A DNA stretch of 64,000 nucleotides from Candidatus Nanoarchaeia archaeon (lineage in GTDB: Archaea > Nanobdellota > Nanobdellia > Woesearchaeales > JACPBV01). The number at the start of each line of letters is the position of its first letter. Position 1 is the stretch's first letter. The stretch is taken from NCBI GenBank assembly GCA_028279655.1, contig JANQNH010000001.1:17484-81483 (forward strand), written 5' to 3'. The position numbers and the translations under genes are program-made. The notes beneath the pieces were generated by a model. The model did no database searches, was not told the origin of the DNA, and worked only from the letters and a program-made list of their open reading frames with translations. Positions 1 to 10,855 of this stretch are shown here, piece after piece.

Positions 1-1428
1 CCTGCAGATCCCATCGACTGTTCTGCTAATGATTTTGCATTGGTGGATACATGCGATAATGATCCTGATAATAATATATTTACATATGATTACGGGGCAG
101 AGTTCGTCTCTGTTTGTGTAGAGGCTACCCAATCATGTACAGTGGGAAGCCAGACTTTGACCCATGAATGTGATATAGTGAACTGTGGGGCTGAGTGTGA
201 AATAGATGATGATTGTGATGATCATGCTAATGGAGTTTGCCTGGGCAGTTGCGTATGTGAGTATACCTATTGCGGAGACGGGGAGATCAACCAGCAAAGC
301 GAGGAGTGTGATGATGGAAACAAGGTTGATGGTGACGGATGCTCTGCAGTATGTGAAACTGAGATAACTGAGGACCTTCAGGTTAACTATGTTAGGGGAA
401 GGATCACCATAGACGGTGTTGTTGCTCCAGCTGGTACTTCTTATAGTGTTGAGGTATTGTCTGGGGATAATACCGGAAGATCACATAGCGGCACAATAGA
501 TGATGATAATGTTCCTACACATCTTCATGGAGAAGGGTATCTTGATACTAACGAGCAGATAATATTCAATACAGGAGACTCTTTCAGGATAAGTTCATCT
601 GAATGTGTGGGTGTTGTAGATGGGGTCTTTGCTAATGGTGGTAATGGGGATTTCCTTGTTGGTGTTCTGGAGCTGGACTGCAGGATCCCTCCTGTTATAA
701 GCCAGATAGGCCATAATCCTCAAAATCCAACTGAGATAGAAGAGATCAATGTTTCAGCTAATGTTACTGATAATGATGGGGTAAATGAGGTATTCCTGAA
801 CTATACTATAAATGGAACCTATGAACATCTGGTTCCTATGACTTTAGATGATGTTTATTTAGTTGAACTTGGAGTATTTGCTCTGGGTACTACTATTGAC
901 TATAATATAAGGGCAAGCGATAACTATGGCAATGTTGTGGTCTCTGATGATCATTCAATCATTGTAGGACCTTCAGATCTGGATGGGGATGGGATTAGAG
1001 ATGCAGATGATAACTGTCCAGGCCTGGAAAATCCTCTGCAGGAGGATACTGATCTTGACGGCCTTGGGGATGTCTGCGATGATGACGATGATGACGATAC
1101 CGTACTTGATGGAGATGATAACTGTCCTCTGGCATCTAACGTTGGCCAGGAGGATAATGATGGAGATGGCCTTGGGGATGTCTGCGATGATGACGATGAC
1201 AATGACGGGAAGCTGGATATTGAAGATGATTATCCATTTGACCCTGACCAATGGCTTTTTGGGGATCTAAACGGAGATGATGAGGTCAATATCCTTGACC
1301 TGATAACAGCAAGAAATGCAATGGGCACCTACCCTGGGGATGAGTACTGGAACGAGGAAGCAGATGTCAATAATGATGGTACGGTCAATATTTTGGATCT
1401 TATTTTAATAAGAAATAATCTGGCCTGA
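1..1428 (+). CDS. Cys-rich surface protein (5'-truncated): Myxococcus-type Cys repeat, TSP type-3 Ca-binding repeats, C-terminal dockerin
   Basis: Frame is open from base 1. [28 protein letters not shown]; two DNCP..N..Q.D.D.DG.GDVCD repeats; duplicated [14 protein letters not shown] / [14 protein letters not shown] dockerin loops. Confidence 0.8.
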   Translation, partial: PADPIDCSANDFALVDTCDNDPDNNIFTYDYGAEFVSVCVEATQSCTVGSQTLTHECDIVNCGAECEIDDDCDDHANGVCLGSCVCEYTYCGDGEINQQSEECDDGNKVDGDGCSAVCETEITEDLQVNYVRGRITIDGVVAPAGTSYSVEVLSGDNTGRSHSGTIDDDNVPTHLHGEGYLDTNEQIIFNTGDSFRISSSECVGVVDGVFANGGNGDFLVGVLELDCRIPPVISQIGHNPQNPTEIEEINVSANVTDNDGVNEVFLNYTINGTYEHLVPMTLDDVYLVELGVFALGTTIDYNIRASDNYGNVVVSDDHSIIVGPSDLDGDGIRDADDNCPGLENPLQEDTDLDGLGDVCDDDDDDDTVLDGDDNCPLASNVGQEDNDGDGLGDVCDDDDDNDGKLDIEDDYPFDPDQWLFGDLNGDDEVNILDLITARNAMGTYPGDEYWNEEADVNNDGTVNILDLILIRNNLA

Positions 1429-1458
1429 AACTAAGGCCAAAACACGGGGGTTTTTTTC

Positions 1459-4400
1459 ATGAAAAATAAAATTTTGGTTTATATATTAACTGTTTTTTTA
1501 GTGACAGCCATGGTTTCTTCTTTGGTTATTGCCACTACAGACCTGGATGTTGCTCCAACAAGCAGCCTTGTCTCCAATAATGATGAGTTTCTCATCAATG
1601 TGGATATAGATACTGACGATTCTGTAAGCGGGGGACAGTTTGTTGTTAATTTTGATCCTGCTGTCCTACAGGCTTTGTCTCAGGTAGATGGGGGTTTTCT
1701 CAGCCAGGATGGTGTTGCGGTTTTTGATGGCGGAAGCAGCATAGATAATACCAACGGAAAGGTTACCTTTAACATGATGGCAGGGACGCCTAACAAGGGA
1801 TTCAATGGAACAGGACATCTGGTGAACATAACCTTTGAAGCTGTAAAGAAGAACGATAATTCAGATATTACTATTGATAATATAATCCTTGGGGACTTTT
1901 CAGGATCTGCAGTATCTGTGTCTTCTATAGATAATGGAACTGTTGCTGTTGCTACAGTTGAAAAGATGCTTATCAATGAGTTTTTGGCAGATCCTACAAC
2001 AGGAAACGACTGGGTCGAGCTCTATAATAATGATACAAAATCTATCAACCTTAGCAACTGGCAGGTAAACGATACTGCAGGGAACAAGGAGATCATAGCT
2101 GATGTTGTGTTAGCTCCTGGGGAAAGAACATTGGTAGATATGGGGAGCAGCCTGAACAAGGGAGGAGATACAATATACCTGATAAATGATGAGGGACTTA
2201 TCATTGCGCAGGAGACCTATGCAACTGAGATAGGAGAAGACAAGTCCTATGGAAGGATGCATGATGGGATGGGAACATGGGTAACCTTTGATGAACCTAC
2301 ACCAGATGCAGCTAACAACAGGCTTTCTGTTGATTCTATAGCTGATAAAAATATTAATGAAGAGCACAGTAGATATTTTGATGTATCCCTTGATATATCT
2401 GATCCTGATGGAGACCCTTTGGTCTTTACAGTAGTTGATGAGGATGCAACTAAAGTGGATTGTAGTATACTGAATGATACTAACGTGACTTTGGTGCCTG
2501 TTGTTGACTGGTATGGAACAACCAACTGTACAATAAGGGTGAATGATACTTATGGGACTGTCGATAAGTTATTCAATATTGTTGTGGCAAATGTAAATGA
2601 TGCACCTACAATAGCAGGGGTGCCTGACATAAACCCTACAGAGGATGTTGATTATGAGCTTAATATCACACCTTACATAGGGGATATTGATAATGATGTT
2701 TCTGCTTTGGTGATCACTGAAAACAGTACACATGCAACTGTAAACGGCCAGATCATTACATTCAACTACCCAAATGGTATCTTGGGAGAGGAGGTTATGA
2801 TAATAGTGTCAGACGGAAGTCTGACTGATGAGCAGGCCATATCTGTTGCGGTTGGTGCGGTCAATGATGCACCTACAATAGCAGGAGTACCTGATATAAG
2901 CCCTACAGAGGATGTTGATTTTGAGCTTGACGTAAGCCCATATATAGGTGATGTTGATAATGATGTCTCTACTTTGATCATTACAGAGAACAGCTCTTAT
3001 GCAACTGTGGATGGACAGATCATTACATTCAACTACCCAAATGGTATCTTGGGAGAGGAGGTTATGATAACAGTGTCAGACGGAAGCTTAAGCAGCGACC
3101 AGACCATTACAGTCTCTGTTATCCCTGTTAATGACGCTCCTGTCATAGATCCATCGATAGCTTCGCTTAGCTTTTTGGAGGGGCAATACCTTGTATTGAA
3201 CCTAAGCGATTATGTCTCTGATGTGGATAATGCTGATGAGGACATCACTTGGAGTGCAGCTCCAACTGTAAATCTTGACGTAGATATAGATAATGAGCTG
3301 ATGAATATCTCTACAGTCTCCCCTACATTATACGGGAGGGAGGTATTTACCATGACTGCTGACGATGGTGGCGCTACTGATGATATCGAGGTTACAGTAG
3401 ATATCCAGAGCATACTGGATTTCAGCAACCTGGTTGTAACGATAGATGGAACAGAACATAATGCAGGCAACGGGGATACTGTTGGACCGGCTTCACCTGG
3501 ATCCACATTAAGCTTTAGCATAGACCTAACCAATAATTATCCTTTGGTTGAGGAGTGGGTCGAAGGGATAGTTTTAAGGGGAAAGATTGACAGTACTATT
3601 GATGATGAGACAACAATCAGCCCTTCTTTTACCTTGGATGGTACTAAGACTGCTACTAAGGAACTTGTATTCAATGACCTTCCTCTAACAGTAGAAGAGG
3701 GCAGCTATAATCTTACCATAGATGCATGGGGTATGGATCATATGGGGATGCCCAGAGGAGTCAGTTGGCTCGTCTATATAGATTATGTTACCTTAAGCAG
3801 GGAGATAAGGATTACTGAAGCAGCTTTCAGCGATGATGAGCTAGGCTGCTTTAGGGAAACAGAGCTAGACATAACATTGAAGAACACCGGAGAGACATTC
3901 CAGAACGTTAATCTGGAAGTAGAGAACCTTGATCTGGGAATTATGGAGACAAGGGATTTTCCAATGAATGCTAAGGAGACGATAAACAAGACCTTTAATG
4001 ATTCACTTAAATGGCCTTTAGGAGTTACTTTGGGAACATATCCTTTTGATATCAGAGTTAAATATGATGATGGACAGGGAGGATATCTGACACAGAGCAC
4101 CAGTGTGGACCTAACCTTTGTTGACTGCTTTGATATAGAGGACCAATCGATTGAGGAGGATTCAACAACTCCTTTGGTCCTGGACCTAGGCGATTATGTG
4201 GATGACCCTGTAAAGGCAGACTCAGATTTTACTTATGCTATAGAGGATGAGACAGATACTGCTTTGATTGACTGCGAGTTGGTTGCTATGACCTTAACAT
4301 GCGCAAATCCAACTCCAGACCAGAGCGGGTATTCGGATATACAGGTTAGTGTAAGCAGCGGAGCGCATGTAAACTATGATACGTTCAGGCTTACTGTTGA

Positions 4401-6600
4401 AGAGGACAATGACGGACCTGTTATAATCCCTACAATACCTAATGTGTTCTTTGATGAAGGACAGACTGACAGCACTATCGATCTAGACGATTATGTAGAG
4501 GACATGGATAATGCAGACGATGAACTTACATGGACATACTATGGAAACGTTAATATCACAGTTGATATTAACTCCTTGCACATTGTCACTTTTGGAACAC
4601 TCGATGAGGATTATTATGGTATTGAGACAATAACATTTAATGTAAGTGACGGAGAATATCATTATGCACAGGATGTTGTTGTTACTGTTAACCAGCTCCA
4701 GGATGACTGGCCTGAGATAACCAATCCAACCCTATTGACTGCAGGGACCGTTTATGGGGATGGAGAGGATGTTCTTTTAGAGATTGAGGTTCTTAATCCT
4801 GATTCAATGGTTTATACTGCAGAATGGTATGTTGACGGAACTAATGTTGGAAGCGGGCTTACCTATACTTTCAATGAGGCAGTGAGCGGCAATTATGATG
4901 TCGAGGTTATACTAGAGGATATCGGAGGCACGCAAGAATATGATAGTGCAGATTGGGAGATTGAGGTTAGTTCAGTTCCTGTTACCAGCTATAGTGGGAC
5001 GATAAATGATGTTGATGATACAAATGTAGGCGGATTTAGCGGACTTACTATATCCAACGGTAATGTGATGATTGATTTCGGCAATGCAGTCATCAACCTT
5101 GAAGATGTTGTTGACCTGGACAGTTTTGTAACCCTGGATGAGGGTGTTGTAGCTGTTGATACTGACGAACCAGGATATGATGTCTTTAAGATACCTGCAA
5201 CCATAACCATGTATGGGCTGGAACACGAATCGACACCACCAATCTACTATGATAATGGATTTACAGCAACAGGAACTACGGAATGTACTTCTACTACAGA
5301 CCCTTCATGCACCAATATAGTCTATAATGCAACTACAGGGACTCTTAGTTTTGATGTATCACATTTTACAGTGTTCTTCCTTCCGATTCCAAACAAGTCT
5401 CCTAGGATTACCTCTTCACCAAGCACTACGGCGGTGATCGATGAAGGTTATTCTTATGCTATAACAGCAACTGATGAGGATGGTGATTCTTTGGATTACT
5501 CTTTGCTGAGCGGACCTTCAGGGATGTCTATAAGCTCAAATATCTTGACTTGGACCCCTACTACCAACCTGACTAACGAGAGCGTCACTATCAGCGTTAC
5601 AGATAATGTCAATGCTCCTGTCACACAATCCTGGACAATAGATGTTGTTGAAGGCGCTAAGCTGATAATCAGCGATCTGGACATCAAGGTCGGCAGCGAT
5701 AAGGACAAAGACCTGAATGATGGAGACAGGATAGGGGAAGAGGCAAAGCCAGGAGATAAGGTAGAGTTTGATATTGAGCTTGAGAACCTTTACTCCAGAT
5801 CTTCAGATATAAAGATAGAGGACATCGAGGTAACTGTAACCATAAAGGATATTGATGACGGGGATGACATTGAGGATGATGTTACTCTGGATGACATAGA
5901 CGCAGGCAAGGATGATTCAGTCAAGCTGGACTTCTGGGTGCCTACCCTTGTTGACGAGGGCGATTATGATGTTATCATAGAGGTTGATGCAGAGGACGAA
6001 GACGGAAATGACCAGGACATAAGATGGGAACTAATCCTTGAGGTAAACAAGGACAGCCACGAGCTCCTTTTGGACAGGGTTGATCTAACCCCTTCTCTTG
6101 TACGATGCAACAGGAACCCTTCTGTTGATGTAAGGGTAGTTAATATCGGAAGCAAGGATGAGGATGATGTCAGCATAGAGATCCGAAGCGATCTGCTCGA
6201 CATAGAAATGAATGATCAAGGGATTGAGCTGGAGGAAGGGGATACTGACGATTCAGAGTATGACAGTATCTATAGGTTAAGAATAAGTGAAGATACAAAG
6301 ACAGGAGTCTATCCAATATCTGTCAAGGCCTATTATGATGGCAGGCTCGGGGACCAAAAGACTGTTGACCTGACTGTAGAGGACTGTGCAGATCTAGTTG
6401 TGCCTGTTAAACAGGAACCTGTCGAGGTCATTACAACAAGCGAACCTACCAAGATAAGGCCAGTCCAGACACCAGTAACAGAGATAACATTCAGAAACAC
6501 CTCGGAATACATAACCCTCTTGGTTGTACTGTTTATAATATTGCTAGGAGCGGTGATATTCCTGTTCATGGCAATGGCTATGATGCTTGGTGGAAAGTGA
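1459..6600 (+). CDS. Large membrane-anchored surface/S-layer-like protein: signal peptide, cohesin, lamin-tail domain, cadherin/Ig-like repeats, CARDB-like domains, C-terminal TM
   Basis: N-terminal cohesin-like segment (VSGGQFVVNFDPAVLQ); LINEFLADP..DWVELYN LTD motif; VNDAP repeats; hydrophobic C-terminal anchor. Confidence 0.8.
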   Translation: MKNKILVYILTVFLVTAMVSSLVIATTDLDVAPTSSLVSNNDEFLINVDIDTDDSVSGGQFVVNFDPAVLQALSQVDGGFLSQDGVAVFDGGSSIDNTNGKVTFNMMAGTPNKGFNGTGHLVNITFEAVKKNDNSDITIDNIILGDFSGSAVSVSSIDNGTVAVATVEKMLINEFLADPTTGNDWVELYNNDTKSINLSNWQVNDTAGNKEIIADVVLAPGERTLVDMGSSLNKGGDTIYLINDEGLIIAQETYATEIGEDKSYGRMHDGMGTWVTFDEPTPDAANNRLSVDSIADKNINEEHSRYFDVSLDISDPDGDPLVFTVVDEDATKVDCSILNDTNVTLVPVVDWYGTTNCTIRVNDTYGTVDKLFNIVVANVNDAPTIAGVPDINPTEDVDYELNITPYIGDIDNDVSALVITENSTHATVNGQIITFNYPNGILGEEVMIIVSDGSLTDEQAISVAVGAVNDAPTIAGVPDISPTEDVDFELDVSPYIGDVDNDVSTLIITENSSYATVDGQIITFNYPNGILGEEVMITVSDGSLSSDQTITVSVIPVNDAPVIDPSIASLSFLEGQYLVLNLSDYVSDVDNADEDITWSAAPTVNLDVDIDNELMNISTVSPTLYGREVFTMTADDGGATDDIEVTVDIQSILDFSNLVVTIDGTEHNAGNGDTVGPASPGSTLSFSIDLTNNYPLVEEWVEGIVLRGKIDSTIDDETTISPSFTLDGTKTATKELVFNDLPLTVEEGSYNLTIDAWGMDHMGMPRGVSWLVYIDYVTLSREIRITEAAFSDDELGCFRETELDITLKNTGETFQNVNLEVENLDLGIMETRDFPMNAKETINKTFNDSLKWPLGVTLGTYPFDIRVKYDDGQGGYLTQSTSVDLTFVDCFDIEDQSIEEDSTTPLVLDLGDYVDDPVKADSDFTYAIEDETDTALIDCELVAMTLTCANPTPDQSGYSDIQVSVSSGAHVNYDTFRLTVEEDNDGPVIIPTIPNVFFDEGQTDSTIDLDDYVEDMDNADDELTWTYYGNVNITVDINSLHIVTFGTLDEDYYGIETITFNVSDGEYHYAQDVVVTVNQLQDDWPEITNPTLLTAGTVYGDGEDVLLEIEVLNPDSMVYTAEWYVDGTNVGSGLTYTFNEAVSGNYDVEVILEDIGGTQEYDSADWEIEVSSVPVTSYSGTINDVDDTNVGGFSGLTISNGNVMIDFGNAVINLEDVVDLDSFVTLDEGVVAVDTDEPGYDVFKIPATITMYGLEHESTPPIYYDNGFTATGTTECTSTTDPSCTNIVYNATTGTLSFDVSHFTVFFLPIPNKSPRITSSPSTTAVIDEGYSYAITATDEDGDSLDYSLLSGPSGMSISSNILTWTPTTNLTNESVTISVTDNVNAPVTQSWTIDVVEGAKLIISDLDIKVGSDKDKDLNDGDRIGEEAKPGDKVEFDIELENLYSRSSDIKIEDIEVTVTIKDIDDGDDIEDDVTLDDIDAGKDDSVKLDFWVPTLVDEGDYDVIIEVDAEDEDGNDQDIRWELILEVNKDSHELLLDRVDLTPSLVRCNRNPSVDVRVVNIGSKDEDDVSIEIRSDLLDIEMNDQGIELEEGDTDDSEYDSIYRLRISEDTKTGVYPISVKAYYDGRLGDQKTVDLTVEDCADLVVPVKQEPVEVITTSEPTKIRPVQTPVTEITFRNTSEYITLLVVLFIILLGAVIFLFMAMAMMLGGK
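2596..3129 (+). repeat. Intragenic tandem duplication, 267-bp unit (89-aa cadherin-like domain)
   Basis: aatgatgcacctacaatagcagg at 2596 and 2863; long identical stretch cagatcattacattcaactacccaaatggtatcttgggagaggaggttatgataa in both units. Confidence 0.85.
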
Positions 6601-6618
6601 TTTATAATTTAGAAAAAT

Positions 6619-7248
6619 CTATGATTTTTCTAACCCCTTAAAAGCACTGTTATCTCTGCTTTTAGGGATTTTTTTGTTTTTTGATTCGAATACTATTTTT
6701 AGCTCATGGTATATTCCATTAATCTTCTCTTGGTTTCTTCCCAACTTCTTGTTTGCCTCTGCAACTATTGTTTTTAGATAGCCTTCTTCTATCAGCATAT
6801 TGCCTTCTCTTGCAATTATAGTCTCCATAGCTTCTGTACCTATGATCTCCAGCATTATCCTCTTGTTAATGTTTATTATTCCTGCTCTTTTTATCCCTAT
6901 GTCTCTTACTGTTTTCAGCAGTTTTTCTGCAGCTTCTAAATGCCTGCAACAAACATGGATTATTATTGATTCCTGCCTGAGCCATATATCATTATTAGGG
7001 ATATGTTCTAGGCTTTGCCTTATAGCTTCAAACTCGGCTTTATTATGCTCTGCAAACTTAAACCTTGCGTCTTGTTTATTTTCTGTCTTCTTTTCTATCA
7101 ACAGGATCCTTCCAGAACAGGAGGAGGTCGTGTAATAGTCTTTGTGAGAATTGATAAGTTCGATCAAAGGCCTTATATCTTCATCAATGGACTGTTTATT
7201 GGACTTGTCAATCTTTGCGAGGCAGTTTTTCTTCTCGTTGTCGAACAT
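6619..7248 (-). CDS. taw3: tRNA(Phe) wyosine-derivative methyltransferase Taw3/TYW3
   Basis: DKS...SIDEDI and YYTTSSCSGRI motifs. Confidence 0.85.
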   Translation of the reverse strand: MFDNEKKNCLAKIDKSNKQSIDEDIRPLIELINSHKDYYTTSSCSGRILLIEKKTENKQDARFKFAEHNKAEFEAIRQSLEHIPNNDIWLRQESIIIHVCCRHLEAAEKLLKTVRDIGIKRAGIININKRIMLEIIGTEAMETIIAREGNMLIEEGYLKTIVAEANKKLGRNQEKINGIYHELKIVFESKNKKIPKSRDNSAFKGLEKS

Positions 7249-7315
7249 GATGTAGGGAATTTTACAATGTATTTAATTTTTACTATAGAATTGTGTCCAT
7301 AATTGGGAAAAAAGG

Positions 7316-7945
7316 TTAAGCAGCAACGTACATGGTTTTTGGAAAATACTCCTTAAGCTTTATTATTGGATTATTATGCAATTGAGGTAATCTTTCTTTT
7401 ATGTATCTGTTTAGAACTTTTCCCATATCAAAGGCGTATAGTTGATTAGGCATGTCTTTTATGGATACAATAGTCTTTGAGCCTGCATCGTGAGTCAGGT
7501 CGCTCTTCTTTATTGTGTTCCACTCTGCATGATTTTTGATCACAGCTTCATATATGAATACAGATCCTTTCTTGAAAATAGTACCAGGTATTTTTTTATA
7601 AAAAACTGCATTTCTGGTGATTATCTCTGCAGCTTCTTTGTCAGTCATCTCTTCTTCAAGCTCCCTTGCAAGGCCTTCAAGAGGGCTTTCTCCTTTTTTG
7701 ATCATGCCTCCCACCAGCTTTATCTTTCCTGCATGCTCTTTTGCGAAGTAATCTTCTGGCGTAATCTCCATATAGAATTCTGTCTCTTCTCCATTATCAT
7801 TCCTTATTATGACAATAGCTGCGTCTAACGTATCATCCGGATCCTTAGCGTCTGCTATCTCTTCTAATGAGAGTTCTGATTCTCCACTATGACATGCTTC
7901 TGCTTCAGCAGAATCACACGTATCTTCGCTCGCTTCTTCACCCAT
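7316..7945 (-). CDS. NUDIX hydrolase domain protein
   Basis: Nudix box GGMIKKGESPLEGLARELEEE. Confidence 0.7.
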   Translation of the reverse strand: MGEEASEDTCDSAEAEACHSGESELSLEEIADAKDPDDTLDAAIVIIRNDNGEETEFYMEITPEDYFAKEHAGKIKLVGGMIKKGESPLEGLARELEEEMTDKEAAEIITRNAVFYKKIPGTIFKKGSVFIYEAVIKNHAEWNTIKKSDLTHDAGSKTIVSIKDMPNQLYAFDMGKVLNRYIKERLPQLHNNPIIKLKEYFPKTMYVAA

Positions 7946-8001
7946 AATATACTAGAAAAATGTTATATTTTATATAAATTTTACTATTATTGAGTCATAA
8001 C

Positions 8002-8805
8002 TTATTTCCAACCAATAAACCTTCTCATCCTGTCTACAAACTCTTCTGCATCTTTGTAGTACCTGTCAAATTCCTGTCCTTTTATCTCCTTGATCTCATT
8101 GTGGGTTATCATCTTGCTTAGCCTGTAGAAATTTCTCATCATGGTGACATATTTTTTTTCCAGGAGCCTGTGCTTAACAAGCTTTTCCTGAAGAAGGTCA
8201 GATATGTGGTCTGGGGATGGGGGAACAGCACCATGCTTCATCAGAGCTGCATGCGCAGAATCAATCACAGCCCAATATAGGTCTATAGTCCCCTGCAATA
8301 TGTGCCATTTTGCATTGTGCAGGGTATTTGGGGCCCTTATATAGTAGTTCCAGATGCTCTCTTCTGTAGGCCTGATCCTTCCTCTTCTCAGCAATGCCTG
8401 TAACGGTTCAAAGAATCCGGTATCTATCAGTGCAACTCCATCCCTAAGGATGTTTATTGCAATCGGGTCTCCGTTTCTTATATACTCCCAGAAAGAGCTG
8501 AACCTTAAGGAGGTGATGTGCAGTCTCGTAGAGTTCTTTGCAATCATCCTCTGGACTATCACCCTATATGCCTCTACAAGTTCTTGGGAGAAATTTATTG
8601 CCAGGTCGTCCACAACTATCATGATGTCAAGATCTGATCCTGGTTTTCTCTTTTTCTTAGCTGAGGAACCAAATAGAACTACAGCTTTCAGGAAGGTCCC
8701 CAATTCCTTATGCATATCCTTGGTAAACTTATAGGCTATGTCAAGATCTTGTTTCCTGTAGAGCTCAAGATTTGGATTTACTTTTTTATCTATCTCAACT
8801 TTCAT
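8002..8805 (-). CDS. Minimal nucleotidyltransferase-HEPN fusion
   Basis: VVLFGSSAK..SDLDIMIV Pol-beta motif; helical C-terminal HEPN-like half (YWAVIDSAHAAL...KMITH). Confidence 0.75.
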   Translation of the reverse strand: MKVEIDKKVNPNLELYRKQDLDIAYKFTKDMHKELGTFLKAVVLFGSSAKKKRKPGSDLDIMIVVDDLAINFSQELVEAYRVIVQRMIAKNSTRLHITSLRFSSFWEYIRNGDPIAINILRDGVALIDTGFFEPLQALLRRGRIRPTEESIWNYYIRAPNTLHNAKWHILQGTIDLYWAVIDSAHAALMKHGAVPPSPDHISDLLQEKLVKHRLLEKKYVTMMRNFYRLSKMITHNEIKEIKGQEFDRYYKDAEEFVDRMRRFIGWK

Positions 8806-8904
8806 AATATCCCCTTGAGGTAATATCTATACGATAGTTATTTAAACCTTATTGACTATTTTACAATGGTATATTTTATATAGTGGACGAGGTTAGATGT
8901 TCTT

Positions 8905-9741
8905 ATGCTGCATAGTCTAAGAAAGATATTTGGCTCAAACATAAAGGCCCTTGAGATCCTGTATATCCTGGAAGGCGTAAAGCCAGCTGGGAGGATAATG
9001 GTGAAGGAAGACGATAAGGAAGGGATATTTTCATTCCTTGAGGATAAGGGGCTTAGTTTTTCTGTGTCTGACTTTAAGGTTATAAAGCAGGATAAGGAAA
9101 AGCCATATTCAGATAAGGCCATAAAGGTTCCTATAGATTCTGATAAGAAGGGGTATTTTTTTGTCTATATATCCAAGGATAAAGAGAAAACAACAGAGGC
9201 GAAGAGGCTTGAGGGAGAGGGGAAACATGAGGAATTAGGGGTATTGCTCGGCTATCCCAGGTGTTGCTCTGTCTTCTTTTCAGATCATTTTGAGGAAGAA
9301 AGCAGGAAGGACAATGATTATACATTGAGGGCATTAGGAAAATCTGAGGGCTTTGAGTTTCCTTTTTTCTCTAATATTGCAGCAAGGCATTTTGATCTGT
9401 CTTTGTTGAGCCATTTCCCCTGCAGTTTCAACTGTGAAAAGTCTGTTGAGATTGCAGAGAACCATCTAGAGGTAGTTGAGAGGTATGATAAAGAGATTGC
9501 AGAGATAATAAGGGGCATGTTGAAGGGGGCTGTGGTTTATACAGAGAACGAAGGGGTTTTTTTGCTGAGACAATGTAAGCTTGAGCATAACAGGCTATAC
9601 TATAAGGGGGTGATGGGTACTGGGAGCAGCCAATTGGCTGAGATGCTGAAGAATGCCGAGTATATAGATATAATGAATAAGAACCGGATAAGATTAGATG
9701 GATTAGAGATGAAGAATGTTGGTTTTATGCTGTTTTCTTAG
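8905..9741 (+). CDS. DUF483-like archaeal protein
   Basis: LGVLLGYPRCC and HFPCSFNC motifs. Confidence 0.6.
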   Translation: MLHSLRKIFGSNIKALEILYILEGVKPAGRIMVKEDDKEGIFSFLEDKGLSFSVSDFKVIKQDKEKPYSDKAIKVPIDSDKKGYFFVYISKDKEKTTEAKRLEGEGKHEELGVLLGYPRCCSVFFSDHFEEESRKDNDYTLRALGKSEGFEFPFFSNIAARHFDLSLLSHFPCSFNCEKSVEIAENHLEVVERYDKEIAEIIRGMLKGAVVYTENEGVFLLRQCKLEHNRLYYKGVMGTGSSQLAEMLKNAEYIDIMNKNRIRLDGLEMKNVGFMLFS

Positions 9742-9785
9742 ATAATAATCTTAAATGTGATTTATCTTTATAATTAACCTGCAAA

Positions 9786-10319
9786 TCATCTGGAGTATAA
9801 TGATATCAATGTATTTTCGACATTGAAACTAGTCTCTTTCTTGAGATGCATTGGGTGGAAATGATTGCTATGCACTATCAGCTTGCCGTTCAACTCTTTT
9901 AGAAGCTTCTCTTCAGTACCTCTTTCCATCGGCTTGTCTGGATTGATGAAAATTATGTCATAGTCCTTAATTGAATGGTGGGTAAAGTCATTATGATGGA
10001 AATCTGCATTTTTTATGTTTAGTTTTCTCTTGTATTCAATGGCCTTCTCATGAAGCTCATCATCTATCTCGATACCTTCTGCCTGTTTGCAGAACAAGGA
10101 GGCAATCAAGGTTATCTTTCCATCCCCACTTCCAAGGTCCATAAAATTCTTGTATTTTTGCAGGTTGAGCTTCTTGAATGCAGCGTATACCTCATCACTT
10201 ATTGCTGCATTCCAGAAACCCAGTTCTGTCGATCTTAATGGAAGCTTTCCCTGTTTTAAGAGAGATCTATAATAAGTGTCATACTCCTGCTTTATCTCTT
10301 TGAATTTCCTCGGTTTCAT
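9786..10319 (-). CDS. Class I SAM-dependent methyltransferase
   Basis: FMDLGSGDGK motif I; GIEID. Confidence 0.85.
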   Translation of the reverse strand: MKPRKFKEIKQEYDTYYRSLLKQGKLPLRSTELGFWNAAISDEVYAAFKKLNLQKYKNFMDLGSGDGKITLIASLFCKQAEGIEIDDELHEKAIEYKRKLNIKNADFHHNDFTHHSIKDYDIIFINPDKPMERGTEEKLLKELNGKLIVHSNHFHPMHLKKETSFNVENTLISLYSR

Positions 10320-10792
10320 TGCATCTGGTATTTCTTAATCTTGTGTATAAGTGATTTTGTTGCGACGACAAGATTTGCTATCTCATCGCTGGTTCCATGG
10401 TATTTGATCTTCTCTACCCTTTCTCCTAGCTGGTCAATCCACCCCATCTGGTCTTCGCTTGGGGACTCTCCTCCATAAGCGATGCCTTTTGCTGCTTCAT
10501 AGTCCTGTGCTAGCTCGTAAAGCGGGCCCTGGTCCTCTTCTGTAGCTTCTTTTTTTACAGTGGCCTCCAGATTCTGCTCTTCGGCAAAGAGGCTGCTGAT
10601 ATCTATCGGTTTTGTCTCAGGGACCTTTACTGATTCTGCAATCCCATCTCTTTCTATCTGGGACTCTGTCTCATGGATCAGCTTTTCTGCTTCTTCTATC
10701 TCCTTTTTATTCTCTTCTTCAAGGGATTTTAGTCTCTTGATCCTCTCGGCAGCGGACAGCTTTCCAAGCTCTTCTTTGTTTATCTTTGCCAT
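10316..10792 (-). CDS. Hypothetical coiled-coil protein
   Basis: 158-aa ORF overlapping the methyltransferase start by 4 nt. Confidence 0.7.
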   Translation of the reverse strand: MAKINKEELGKLSAAERIKRLKSLEEENKKEIEEAEKLIHETESQIERDGIAESVKVPETKPIDISSLFAEEQNLEATVKKEATEEDQGPLYELAQDYEAAKGIAYGGESPSEDQMGWIDQLGERVEKIKYHGTSDEIANLVVATKSLIHKIKKYQMQ

Positions 10793-10855
10793 ATTTATCT
10801 GGTAATGCTATCGGGTTAATAAATCTATCTTGGATTTCATCAGGTAGTGTGGTAA

